Shown piece after piece: positions 20,441 through 29,225 of a DNA stretch of 54,975 bases. Made by a program: the position numbers and the translations under genes. The notes under the pieces were generated by a model. The model was not told where the DNA came from, made no database searches, and saw nothing but the letters and a program-made list of their open reading frames with translations. Source of the stretch: Candidatus Wildermuthbacteria bacterium (GTDB lineage: Bacteria; Patescibacteriota; Minisyncoccia; Minisyncoccales; UBA10102); NCBI GenBank assembly GCA_016186115.1, contig JACPMK010000002.1, positions 340,323 through 395,297 on the forward strand. Direction: 5' to 3'. How positions within the stretch are numbered: position 1 is the stretch's first letter; every line of letters starts with the position of its first letter.

Positions 20441-20445
20441 AAAAA

Positions 20446-20778
20446 TTATTTCATGGGAGCACTTAATTGTTCTTCGATTTCTTGTTTCTGCTGATCAGAA
20501 ATTGAACTATTTTCTCCATCCTTTGCTGGCAGCGATAGATTCTTTAAAATTTGCTGCTTCTCCTTTTCAGTGGTGGGCTTGCCCTCTGTTGCCGGCGAAG
20601 ACAAATTTTGCAAAATTTCTTCTTTGGTAAGCGGTCTTTCGGTTGACAACGGGGCAACCTGCTCCTCTGCTTTTTTGCGCTGATCGAGGAATACCACAAT
20701 CAATAAAGCATCGACAAACAGAACAACAAAGATGACAAACAGCAAACCCCACACCAGTTTTCGATTGCCAAAAATCAT
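20446..20778 (-). CDS. Small membrane-anchored protein with short internal repeats
   Basis: 110 aa. One TM helix. Repeats ILQNLSSPATEGK / ILKNLSLPAKDGE / IEEQLSAPMK. ATGA overlap with the pilD stop. Confidence 0.55.
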   Translation of the reverse strand: MIFGNRKLVWGLLFVIFVVLFVDALLIVVFLDQRKKAEEQVAPLSTERPLTKEEILQNLSSPATEGKPTTEKEKQQILKNLSLPAKDGENSSISDQQKQEIEEQLSAPMK

Positions 20779-21668
20779 AAGGCAAAAGAGCTAAAATACC
20801 ACTGCGCAATTTCTTCTCCCGCCAAGTATGCAATCAGGACGCCCAGAATTAAAAACGGGCCGAAGGGAATCTCGCTCTGCAATCCTTTTTTCCTGGCTCC
20901 CATCAGAATTACCCCTATTATAGCACCGATGAGAAAAGCGAAAAATAGGGCAACAAAAATATTGGGGAAGCCAAGAAAAAGGCCCATGAAAATTCCGAGT
21001 TTTACGTCTCCAAACCCGATCCACTTGCCGCGCGAGGCCAAAAAGAGAAGAAGGAAAAATCCAGAGGCAATAAGCGCGGCAACCGCTCCATTCACCAAGG
21101 GGTTGGGAAATCCAAATGCTCCACCTTCGCCCAATGCCTGCACCGCAAGCGATGCCCAATTCTTTGTCTCTCCTGCTCTTGTCGCAAGAAGACGAAAAAT
21201 GGGGAAAACCTCGAATATTCGCCACGCAAATGCAATTCCAATGGCGGGGTATACAATTTCATTGGGAATAATATAATGCTTCAAATCGTAGACAAAAATC
21301 ACCAGCAACAAACAACTAATCGCAAGGAGAAAAAGGAAATCGATCAATTGTAGATTATCTGGCTGTGCCATATCTCGCGAAGCGAGAAAAATGAGGAGAA
21401 ATAGCAGCCCGGTTGCTGTTTCGACTATGGGGTATTGCCGCGAGATATTTTTTTTGCAATAGCGGCATTTGCCGCCAAGCAAAAGAAAACTCACAACAGG
21501 AATCAAATCAAACCACGCGAGCTGATGATGACAATAAGGACAACACGATCGCCCCTTGAGAGCATTTTCTTGAGTGCGCAGGCGATAAATCACTACATTC
21601 AAAAAACTCCCCACCGCCAACCCAAAAAGAAAAATAAAAATCGGAAAGAGATACGTCATTTCTTTCAT
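20775..21668 (-). CDS. pilD: Prepilin peptidase (A24 family)
   Basis: 297 aa. N-terminal Cys motif CPYCHHQL...GKCRYCKKNI. Polytopic. Asp-containing GFGDVKL motif. Confidence 0.9.
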   Translation of the reverse strand: MKEMTYLFPIFIFLFGLAVGSFLNVVIYRLRTQENALKGRSCCPYCHHQLAWFDLIPVVSFLLLGGKCRYCKKNISRQYPIVETATGLLFLLIFLASRDMAQPDNLQLIDFLFLLAISCLLLVIFVYDLKHYIIPNEIVYPAIGIAFAWRIFEVFPIFRLLATRAGETKNWASLAVQALGEGGAFGFPNPLVNGAVAALIASGFFLLLFLASRGKWIGFGDVKLGIFMGLFLGFPNIFVALFFAFLIGAIIGVILMGARKKGLQSEIPFGPFLILGVLIAYLAGEEIAQWYFSSFAL

Positions 21669-21707
21669 TATATCTCATCCCTCCCCATCCTCAAAATGCA
21701 AATGATG

Positions 21708-21740
21708 TGAAGGAAGTTTGACTTCCTTCATACTTCCTTC
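21708..21740 (+). repeat. 33-nt hairpin repeat, copy B (overlaps the stop of 21728..22615)
   Basis: TGAAGGAAGTTTGACTTCCTTCATACTTCCTTC; see copy A at 16830..16862. Confidence 0.75.
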
Positions 21741-22615
21741 ATATTGAGGGTGAAGTCGAGAATGGGATCAAGGCCGGAGAAATCGCTATTGTCGCAGGGA
21801 AGAGCGTCGCGATCAAAGGCCAGAGCGCCCGAATCCCTGCTTTCCAGCAGCGTCCCAAAATGAATATAGCCCTGTTCTTGGCATATATAGTAGAGATAAT
21901 TCTGTCCATTGAACTCGTCTTTTAACGCGCCTTGGTAGCCGGCAGAAGATAAATCTTCCAGACGAACCGGATAAACACCGCGCTCTTTTTGGTGGCCAAT
22001 GAGCGCGGCGGTTAATTGTGTTATTGCTTCGGTTCGTTGGGTGTCGCGATCCAAACGTTTTTGCTCAAGATAGTTGCGATTTGCAACCAAAAAGAAGGCG
22101 ACTCCCACGAACAAAAGAAATGCCGAAGATAAAACAATGTCTTTTTTTAGTGCGATGGGACGGGGCTGCTCGAGCTTTGGAACAGAGATCTCATCGAGCC
22201 AAATAATCCCAAACATAAACAAAATAACTCCCAAAAGGAACGCTGCTCCCCCACCCATGGCATAACGCCATTGGCCAAGAGATTGAGTTAGTGTGCCGAA
22301 GGCCAAAAAGATTATCAAAAATCCGATCATCCCGACCGCGACAAGCGAAATCGCCAGATGCCGCACTTCGGGGTCTGCAACTTGAGTTTTCTTTTTGAGA
22401 AATCGAACCGCGATCCGCAATCCCACAAGATGCGAAGCTAATGCCGCTAGGATGCTTAGTGAAAAGAAAATACTCCAATGAAGCTGCAGCGCCTTGGGAG
22501 AAAATGTGTCAAATAAAAATTTGGCGAGCATTATTAAAACAAACCCTAAGACTATTCCAGTTACAAGAGTTATTACCCATAGAAAGAATACAAACCATAT
22601 ATATGATTTTGGCAT
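21728..22615 (-). CDS. Polytopic membrane protein with pilin-like C-terminal module lacking a prepilin cleavage site
   Basis: 295 aa. About 5 TM helices. Then a helix plus RDTQRTEAITQLTAALIGHQKERGVYPVRLEDL, resembling the pilin/pseudopilin alpha1-to-globular transition (..G.YP..L..L). Confidence 0.6.
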   Translation of the reverse strand: MPKSYIWFVFFLWVITLVTGIVLGFVLIMLAKFLFDTFSPKALQLHWSIFFSLSILAALASHLVGLRIAVRFLKKKTQVADPEVRHLAISLVAVGMIGFLIIFLAFGTLTQSLGQWRYAMGGGAAFLLGVILFMFGIIWLDEISVPKLEQPRPIALKKDIVLSSAFLLFVGVAFFLVANRNYLEQKRLDRDTQRTEAITQLTAALIGHQKERGVYPVRLEDLSSAGYQGALKDEFNGQNYLYYICQEQGYIHFGTLLESRDSGALAFDRDALPCDNSDFSGLDPILDFTLNMKEV

Positions 22616-22708
22616 AGATGTTCTTATTGAGTGCGAAATATAAATTTTGAAAATTACTTACTGCGTATAAAATAATTGTAGAAGAAAACAGGACAAAGAA
22701 AAAGTTTC

Positions 22709-22742
22709 CTAAAAAGAAATACCCCTTGTAAGGGGTATTTCT
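22709..22742 (-). terminator. Rho-independent terminator of the major pilin gene
   Basis: Minus strand: AGAAATACCCCTT-AC-AAGGGGTATTTCT (13-bp stem), followed by TTTT. Confidence 0.7.
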
Positions 22743-22766
22743 AAACTTATGCGACTACGAGATACA

Positions 22767-23294
22767 TTACGGTGTTGTGTCGCACGCCTGACCAAGCGTT
22801 CCTCCAGTTGCCTGGTTGACAGCAAATACCGCCTTGCCTCCCATGCCAGCTGTTCCGTTCTCCATCCAGAAACAAACTTGCCAATTAGCCAGGGTAGGAG
22901 CTGCTACGCCATTCTGGGCGCCGATCGAATATTCACATCCAGCAACGCTCGCATCTGTACATACGGCTGCAGCGCCAAACCGAGGATCTTCGAAAGGTGT
23001 GGTATTAAATAACGATATATCACCCGGACCAGTACAGCTTTGCACCGGATCCATCGCAGCAGCTGTGTTACATCCGGTTAATGCTGCTGTAGATTCAAAT
23101 CCCTCTGCTTGTAGAATCAAGGCCATCTGTCTTATGTCAGATACTCTCTCTCCGTCACGAGCGCGGCCTTGGATGCCGGTGAATGATACCAACACGATTC
23201 CAGCCAAGATACCGATGATGGCGATTACCACAAGCAACTCGATGAGTGTGAAACCAGTCGTATGCTTTCTTAATCGTTCAATCATGAATTCCAA
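22767..23294 (-). CDS. pilA: Type IV major pilin (PilA/GspG-like prepilin)
   Basis: 175 aa. MEFMIERLRKHTTG|FTLIELLVVIAIIGILAGIVL. Six Cys. Own terminator; monocistronic appearance. Confidence 0.85.
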   Translation of the reverse strand: MEFMIERLRKHTTGFTLIELLVVIAIIGILAGIVLVSFTGIQGRARDGERVSDIRQMALILQAEGFESTAALTGCNTAAAMDPVQSCTGPGDISLFNTTPFEDPRFGAAAVCTDASVAGCEYSIGAQNGVAAPTLANWQVCFWMENGTAGMGGKAVFAVNQATGGTLGQACDTTP

Positions 23295-23410
23295 TTATTT
23301 TTTGATTTCTTATATATAAAAGACCTTTGGTTTGTATTGACCTTTTAACCACTAATTCATCTCTTCTTTATTATACACAATTGGCAATACTCTACCCTGT
23401 GGAAAACTTT

Positions 23411-24625
23411 TTAATATACCGAGGTAAGCGTTTGATACAGAGGAAGCAATATCGAAGCCATAACTCCTGCGACAATCAAGCCAAGGAAAATGATCAGGAA
23501 TGGCTCAAGCAAAGTAAGCAGGTTATCAACAATGCGATTCACCTCGTTGCGGTAAAAACCCACAATCCCATTCAATGTTGAATCCAAAGAACCGGATTGC
23601 TCGCCCACATAGACCATCTGCGTAAACACGGGCGGAAATTCATTGGGATAGCGGTCGAGCACCGAGCTGATTGACTCGCCTTGTCTGACTGCTTCGGTTG
23701 CTGATTTGATGATTTCTTTATAGCGAACATCGCCAACCACCTGCCCGGTAATTTCCAGAGCCGGAACAATGGGAATGCCTGCGCCAATTAATGTTGCCAA
23801 ATTTTCGGCAAAGCGCGCAATATAGGTGAGCTGCATCATACGGGAAATAACAGGGACTTTCGACTTGATTTTACTATATATTCTCTCGCCCGCAGGAGAA
23901 CGTTTCAATTGGAAAAGAGCAACGATGGCGCCAATCATTGCTCCGAAAATAATCCACCACCAGCTCTGCACAAAATAAGTGAACCAGATCACAAATTTTG
24001 TTGCCAAGGGCAGATTCGTTGTGCCTGCTTCGGTCACAACCTGAAGGATATTGGGTATAACAAAAAAGACCATTAAGGTTACAACAATGACAACTGCCAC
24101 CAGAATAAACGCCGGGTAAATCATTGCTCCCCTCACTTTGCTCGTAAGCTCGTACTCGCGCTCCAGGTGGTCTGCCAAGTATTGCAAAACATCAGAAAGT
24201 TTTCCCGAGGCCTCGCCGCTCTGCACCATACTGATATAAAAAGAAGAGAAAAGCGCTTTGTGCTTGGCAAGGGATTTGGAAAAGGCAATACCTCCTTCCA
24301 CATCTTCCTCAATTTTCATTATTTTTTCTTTGAAGGTTCTCTTTTTGGTTTGAGAAGCCAAGGTATGCAAGGCCTCGATAATAGGAACTTGGGACCTGAC
24401 CATAACCGCAAGCTGCCGCGAAAAAATCATGACATCTTTTACCGATGGCTTGTTAAAAAATTCGATATCTTTTGCGTAGACCGGCCGCTTACTTTCGAGC
24501 TGCAGCCCAGTTACATACAAGCCATAGCGATGCAATAAATCCAATGCACCCTCTTCGGAAGAGGCCTCAATAACTCCCTCGCGAAAATCCCCTTTTTGAT
24601 CTCGTGCTTGGTAGGTAAATTGCAT
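23411..24625 (-). CDS. pilC: Type IV pilus platform protein (GspF/PilC family)
   Basis: 404 aa. Two T2SSF-type repeats and 3 TM segments. Confidence 0.9.
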   Translation of the reverse strand: MQFTYQARDQKGDFREGVIEASSEEGALDLLHRYGLYVTGLQLESKRPVYAKDIEFFNKPSVKDVMIFSRQLAVMVRSQVPIIEALHTLASQTKKRTFKEKIMKIEEDVEGGIAFSKSLAKHKALFSSFYISMVQSGEASGKLSDVLQYLADHLEREYELTSKVRGAMIYPAFILVAVVIVVTLMVFFVIPNILQVVTEAGTTNLPLATKFVIWFTYFVQSWWWIIFGAMIGAIVALFQLKRSPAGERIYSKIKSKVPVISRMMQLTYIARFAENLATLIGAGIPIVPALEITGQVVGDVRYKEIIKSATEAVRQGESISSVLDRYPNEFPPVFTQMVYVGEQSGSLDSTLNGIVGFYRNEVNRIVDNLLTLLEPFLIIFLGLIVAGVMASILLPLYQTLTSVY

Positions 24626-24637
24626 AATGGCATACTA

Positions 24638-25711
24638 CTAGGAGTGTCCAACCAACTTTCGCAAACTTCCGGGATCTGATGCATAGATAAACGCATTCTC
24701 AAGAGTTACTTCTCTTTTGCGCACTAAATCGGCAAGCGCACGATCCAAAGAGACCATTCCTTTTTCTGCGGAAGTATCGATCACAAATGACACCTCATGC
24801 ACTTTATTTTCGCGAATTAAATTCGACACTGCGGGATTGGCAAGCAACACCTCAACTGCCGGGATTAACCCTCCCTTGATACGGGGAACCAAACGCTGCG
24901 CGACAATTCCAGACAAAGAGGTTGAGAGCTGGGCCCTAATTTGGGTTTGCTGTTCCGCAGGAAAAGAATCAACAATACGGTGAATGGTTTGCGCGGCAGA
25001 GTTCGTATGAAGCGTGGCAAACACAAGATGGCCGGTTTCGGCAGCAGTAATAGCAGTTGAAATTGTCTCGGGATCTCTCATCTCGCCCACCATAATGACA
25101 TCGGGGTCCTGGCGAAAGGTGGCGCGCAAGGCGCGGGAAAAACTAAGGGCATCCTGATATACTTCGCGCTGATCAATGATTGCCTGATCCGGCGTGAACA
25201 CGTATTCGATAGGGTCTTCAATGGTAATAATGTGAGAGGATCGCGTATGATTGATCTCATCAATAAGCGCAGCAAGCGTGGTGGATTTTCCATGGCTCGA
25301 GGGACCAGTAATCAAAACAAACCCCTGTTTTAAGGTAGCGAACTGGTGAAGAATCGGCGGAAGGTTGAGTTCTTCAACGGTACGAATTTCACTGGGAACC
25401 AAACGCAGAGCAACGCTGATGTCGCCTTTCTGATAAAAAATATTGACGCGGAAACGCGCCTTATCTTCAAAACGGTACGAAAAATCAACATCTTTCTCTT
25501 GTAGAAACCGCTCTTTGAGCTCTTCGGACATTAGGGCAAAAGCGAGGTCCTGAACATCTTGAGCTGAAAGCGCTCCCCTTTTGGGCAGAGGGACAAGCGC
25601 CCTTGCGATACGCACAATAGGAGGATGCCCCGGCGACAAATGCAAGTCAGATGCATTACTGTCAATCGTCATCTGCAAAAACTCCTGAAGTTTTTTTGCT
25701 GGGTCGGTCAT
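24638..25711 (-). CDS. pilT: Twitching-motility retraction ATPase PilT
   Basis: 357 aa. Walker A GPSSHGKST, Asp box, Walker B, His box. AIRNLIRE-like motif AVSNLIRENK. Confidence 0.9.
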   Translation of the reverse strand: MTDPAKKLQEFLQMTIDSNASDLHLSPGHPPIVRIARALVPLPKRGALSAQDVQDLAFALMSEELKERFLQEKDVDFSYRFEDKARFRVNIFYQKGDISVALRLVPSEIRTVEELNLPPILHQFATLKQGFVLITGPSSHGKSTTLAALIDEINHTRSSHIITIEDPIEYVFTPDQAIIDQREVYQDALSFSRALRATFRQDPDVIMVGEMRDPETISTAITAAETGHLVFATLHTNSAAQTIHRIVDSFPAEQQTQIRAQLSTSLSGIVAQRLVPRIKGGLIPAVEVLLANPAVSNLIRENKVHEVSFVIDTSAEKGMVSLDRALADLVRKREVTLENAFIYASDPGSLRKLVGHS

Positions 25712-26076
25712 ACATTTAGTTCTTTTTTTACTTCTTCGACGATTTGGCTCGGGGTATAGTGGGCCTTGATCAAATATTTACTCGCGCCAAGCGACAATCC
25801 CTTTTCCACCTCTTCCTTTTGGGACAGATTCGAAAGCACAACTACTTTCAGGCCTTTCAACTTTTCATCCTTTCGTATCATCTCGAGAAATTGCCAGCCG
25901 TCGAAATTAGGCAATACAATATCGAGCAGAACAAGATCGGGTGCCCCCTTCTCAATTTTACGCACCGCCTCTTCGCCATCCTCTGCCACCTCCACTGTAA
26001 ACTCCGCTTCCTTAAGCTTTGTGCTGTAGATATCTATCAGCAACGGATCGTCTTCTACTAATAAGATATGCTTCAT
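25708..26076 (-). CDS. Stand-alone response-regulator receiver domain (CheY/PilH-like)
   Basis: 122 aa. LLVEDD acidic pocket, phospho-acceptor Asp in LVLLDIVLP, conserved Lys in KYLIKA. 4-nt overlap with pilT. Confidence 0.85.
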   Translation of the reverse strand: MKHILLVEDDPLLIDIYSTKLKEAEFTVEVAEDGEEAVRKIEKGAPDLVLLDIVLPNFDGWQFLEMIRKDEKLKGLKVVVLSNLSQKEEVEKGLSLGASKYLIKAHYTPSQIVEEVKKELNV

Positions 26077-26097
26077 ATAAAGTATAATGCTAATCTA

Positions 26098-27828
26098 CTA
26101 TTTGCTTTCTTGGGCTACCTGCAGAATTTCTTCAATGGTTGTGACGCCATCTAATACCTTTGCGACTCCATCCTGCATCATGTTGACCATGCCCTGACGC
26201 TTTGCCTCTTCGGCAACTCGTGCCTCGGTGGGGTCAGAAAGCACAATTTCAGCCAAAGAATCGGTCATGGATATCACCTCGAAAATGCCGATGCGCCCTG
26301 CGTATCCCGAAGAACCGCAGCGTTTACACCCTTTGGGTTTATATATCTTGAGATCTGCCAAGTGAGGCGCAAAGCGTTTTTGCAAATCAGCAGGAGCTCC
26401 CTCCATGACCCGCACGATAAGTTCCTTGATCGCCTTGGACGGTTTTATTTGCTCTCTGCAATCCGGACAAAGTTTTCGTATCAAACGCTGGGCCATGCCT
26501 GCGGCAAGTGTGACAGGAAGCAGATATTTCTCTACTCCCATATCAACCAAACGCGGCACAATCCCAAAAGCATTATTCGTGTGCAGCGTGGAAAGCACAA
26601 GGTGCCCCGTGAGAGCAGAGTGAATCACGAGAGAGGCGGTCTCGCTGTCTCGCACCTCACCCACCATAATAATATCAGGGTCTTGGCGCAAAATCTGGCG
26701 TAATCCCTGCGCAAAGTCGTAATTAATTTCAGGCCGTACCTGCGACTGGTTCATCCCCTGAATAAGATACTCTACCGGATCCTCCAAACTCACGATATTT
26801 ACATCTTCTTCATTGAGCTGCCGAAGCATGGTGTAAAGAGTCGTGGTTTTTCCGGAACCTGTCGGGCCTGTCACAAGAATCAATCCATAGGGCTTTTTCA
26901 TGGCAACTTGCACCTTTTCAAGATTCGAGCCCTCAAGCCCAAGTTCTTCAAAATTTCGCAATCCTGCTTCGGGATCCAAGATACGGAGAGCGACTTTTTC
27001 GCCCAAAGCCGTGGGAAATGTTGCTACGCGGAAATCCACATTGCGATCATCAATGGTCATCGAGAATCTTCCATCTTGGGGAACGCGCGTTTCGTCGATT
27101 TTCAAATTGGAAAGAATTTTAATGCGCGCGATCACTGCTGCATGCACCCGCATCGGCAGAAATAAAGAGGAGTGCAAATCGCCCATAAAACGGAACCGCA
27201 CCCGCAAGTTCTCTTTGCTCGGCTCAATGTGAATATCCGATGCCCCTCCTTCAACTGCGTTTCGCACAATGACGGCAACCATTTTGGTGATAGGCGCCTC
27301 TTCTACCAGCCGCGTGAATGCTTCCTGTTTCTTTTCTTTGATGGCCTTCTGTTTTTTCATTTCTTCTTCCAACTCCTGCAGGGCGCGTTTCATTTCGCCC
27401 TTGAGCCCCCGATATTGCTTCATCAAGGCCTCAAAAGTGCTCGGTGTAATCAGAGAAATGGTATAGATAAAATTTGCCTGTCTTGAGAGAAACTGCAAAG
27501 CGCCCAAAGCTGTCAAGTCCTTGGGATAGACCATTCCTATTTCCAATTTTTTTCCGTCGAGCGCTAAAGGCGCAATTTTATAGTAGCGGGCCGAATCCTC
27601 GGAAATTAACTGCAAGGCCTTAAAGGGAACGTCTTGCACTTCCACGCGGCGGATAGGCATTTTAAGCATCTCGCTCTCTGCCTGAAAAAGTGCTTCCTCG
27701 TCAACAATCTCATTCTCTAAAATAACCTCTTCCGGCTTTTTTCCGGATGATTCTGCTTCTGTCGAAATCCGCTTGGCCTTTTCTTCGTCAAGAATATTTT
27801 TTTGGATGAGGAAATCAATGATGTCCAT
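26098..27828 (-). CDS. pilB: Type IV pilus assembly ATPase PilB (GspE family)
   Basis: 576 aa. T2SSE N-terminal domain, Walker A GPTGSGKTT, tetracysteine CPDC...CKRC. Confidence 0.9.
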   Translation of the reverse strand: MDIIDFLIQKNILDEEKAKRISTEAESSGKKPEEVILENEIVDEEALFQAESEMLKMPIRRVEVQDVPFKALQLISEDSARYYKIAPLALDGKKLEIGMVYPKDLTALGALQFLSRQANFIYTISLITPSTFEALMKQYRGLKGEMKRALQELEEEMKKQKAIKEKKQEAFTRLVEEAPITKMVAVIVRNAVEGGASDIHIEPSKENLRVRFRFMGDLHSSLFLPMRVHAAVIARIKILSNLKIDETRVPQDGRFSMTIDDRNVDFRVATFPTALGEKVALRILDPEAGLRNFEELGLEGSNLEKVQVAMKKPYGLILVTGPTGSGKTTTLYTMLRQLNEEDVNIVSLEDPVEYLIQGMNQSQVRPEINYDFAQGLRQILRQDPDIIMVGEVRDSETASLVIHSALTGHLVLSTLHTNNAFGIVPRLVDMGVEKYLLPVTLAAGMAQRLIRKLCPDCREQIKPSKAIKELIVRVMEGAPADLQKRFAPHLADLKIYKPKGCKRCGSSGYAGRIGIFEVISMTDSLAEIVLSDPTEARVAEEAKRQGMVNMMQDGVAKVLDGVTTIEEILQVAQESK

Positions 27829-27843
27829 AAAAAGATTTCCTTC

Positions 27844-28116
27844 CTAGGGCACAAAGGGATTGTCCTTGCCAATTTCTTCTGGCAAAGGAAATTGCGCCGA
27901 CGGAACCAAGATTATGCGATTCTTCAAAAGATCCTGCAATCCTTCTGTTTCAATAGAGATAGCCCTGCGGACAAACAAGGGCTGTGTTAACTCCTGCACT
28001 CCTGCGGTATTGATCTTTCCCTTTAAGAGGAAAGCAATCCACAGAAATCCCAAAGCTAGCAGCAGAAGAGGAAGGTATGCCTGGACGACGCGTCTTTGAA
28101 AGGAGAAAGTGGCCAT
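27844..28116 (-). CDS. Small single-pass membrane protein between pilO and pilB (PilP-position), unknown
   Basis: ORF 27844..28233 trimmed to ATG 28116 (MATFSFQRRVVQAYLPLLLLALGFLWIAFLL...) to remove the overlap with pilO. Confidence 0.4.
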   Translation of the reverse strand: MATFSFQRRVVQAYLPLLLLALGFLWIAFLLKGKINTAGVQELTQPLFVRRAISIETEGLQDLLKNRIILVPSAQFPLPEEIGKDNPFVP

Positions 28117-28120
28117 ACAA

Positions 28121-28693
28121 TTAATACGAATGAGTAATAAGGGTAAGGTTAAATTGATAGATGGATTGCCCGGGCAATACTTGCGGCTGCGACTTGTCTT
28201 TTTCTGATGATTTTTCTCTTTCTTCCGGCGCAATTTCTATACTCTCCACATAAAAAATCTTTGCAGAGGATCTTAGGGTCTGCAGGAATGCCTTGAGCGA
28301 TTCATACGAACCCGTGAAAGAAAGATCGATTGCTATCTCTTTGAGCTGGCTCTGCGCGCCTTTCTCTGCTTTTGCGTCGGCAATAGAAATATCCTTTAAG
28401 ACCGACCCGCTCTGGGAAGCAATGCCCCGGAAAAAGTGATAAAGAAATGGCGTTTCCATGCCCTCGGGCAAAGCATAATCGATTTTTGCGAGCTCTTCTT
28501 TATATGAAGAAAGATTCTCATCTAATTGCGTGAGATTATCAAAGTATTGCTTTTTATTTTGAATGGACTGACGGATGTTTTCATTCGTTCTTCCCAAAAT
28601 GGTGTACTCGTTCCAGCCGGGAAGCACAAAAAAGAGAAGTCCCAGAAAGGAAACCCCGAATAAAATAGTTGCGATAAATAAGCGTCTATTCAT
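28121..28693 (-). CDS. pilO: PilO-like pilus alignment protein
   Basis: 190 aa. N-terminal TM, coiled coil, C-terminal ferredoxin-like segment (IDLSFTGSYESLKAFLQTL). Operon position after pilN. Confidence 0.6.
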   Translation of the reverse strand: MNRRLFIATILFGVSFLGLLFFVLPGWNEYTILGRTNENIRQSIQNKKQYFDNLTQLDENLSSYKEELAKIDYALPEGMETPFLYHFFRGIASQSGSVLKDISIADAKAEKGAQSQLKEIAIDLSFTGSYESLKAFLQTLRSSAKIFYVESIEIAPEEREKSSEKDKSQPQVLPGQSIYQFNLTLITHSY

Positions 28694-29222
28694 TGAAGTT
28701 AAGGGGGAATTTTAAGATAGCGCCGAAGATTGCTTTTCCATCTTTATCCATTCCTATCCCTGAAAACTGCACCTCTTGCAGCTGATTATTTTTCTTTCGG
28801 TCCTCCAAAAGATACACCTGCTCTTGAAGAGTGAGGAAGTCCGTTGCCTCCCCCGAAATTGACACTTCCATTGCTTCCACGTCAATTATCGCACTGTTCA
28901 AAACCACGCCTTTGTGAATATTCCTTTCAAGCGCGGCGAGAAGAGGAAGAACATTCTTTTCTCCAGAGACAACCGTGCGATAGTCGTTAATCTTGCGTTT
29001 ATACCCCTGCATATTCTTTTCAAGATCGAGCTCTTTTTCTGAACCGGTCTGACGGAATTCTGCTTCCAGAGTACGGCTTTCTTTATCTCGGATACCGCCC
29101 AAATATTTTAAAATCCCGTAGGAAAAAAGCGTGACGACAAAAGCAATAATCGAAAGCACGAACATCGCCTTTATCCAAGGGATAGTCGCAAGAAGTGATT
29201 TTTTCTTTGGGATAATGTCCAT
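28686..29222 (-). CDS. pilN: PilN-like pilus alignment protein
   Basis: 178 aa. Short cytoplasmic N-terminus, TM, coiled coil, VVLNSAIID...ISGEA motif. Follows pilM. Confidence 0.6.
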   Translation of the reverse strand: MDIIPKKKSLLATIPWIKAMFVLSIIAFVVTLFSYGILKYLGGIRDKESRTLEAEFRQTGSEKELDLEKNMQGYKRKINDYRTVVSGEKNVLPLLAALERNIHKGVVLNSAIIDVEAMEVSISGEATDFLTLQEQVYLLEDRKKNNQLQEVQFSGIGMDKDGKAIFGAILKFPLNFNE

Positions 29223-29225
29223 ATA

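Noticed and set aside
23295-23410. Promoter of the major pilin gene (TATAAT at 23375..23370 on the minus strand)
   Set aside because: The -10 match is perfect, but I found no acceptable -35 or TGn extension, and the resulting ~75-nt leader has no supporting feature. This is too weak to list as a feature.
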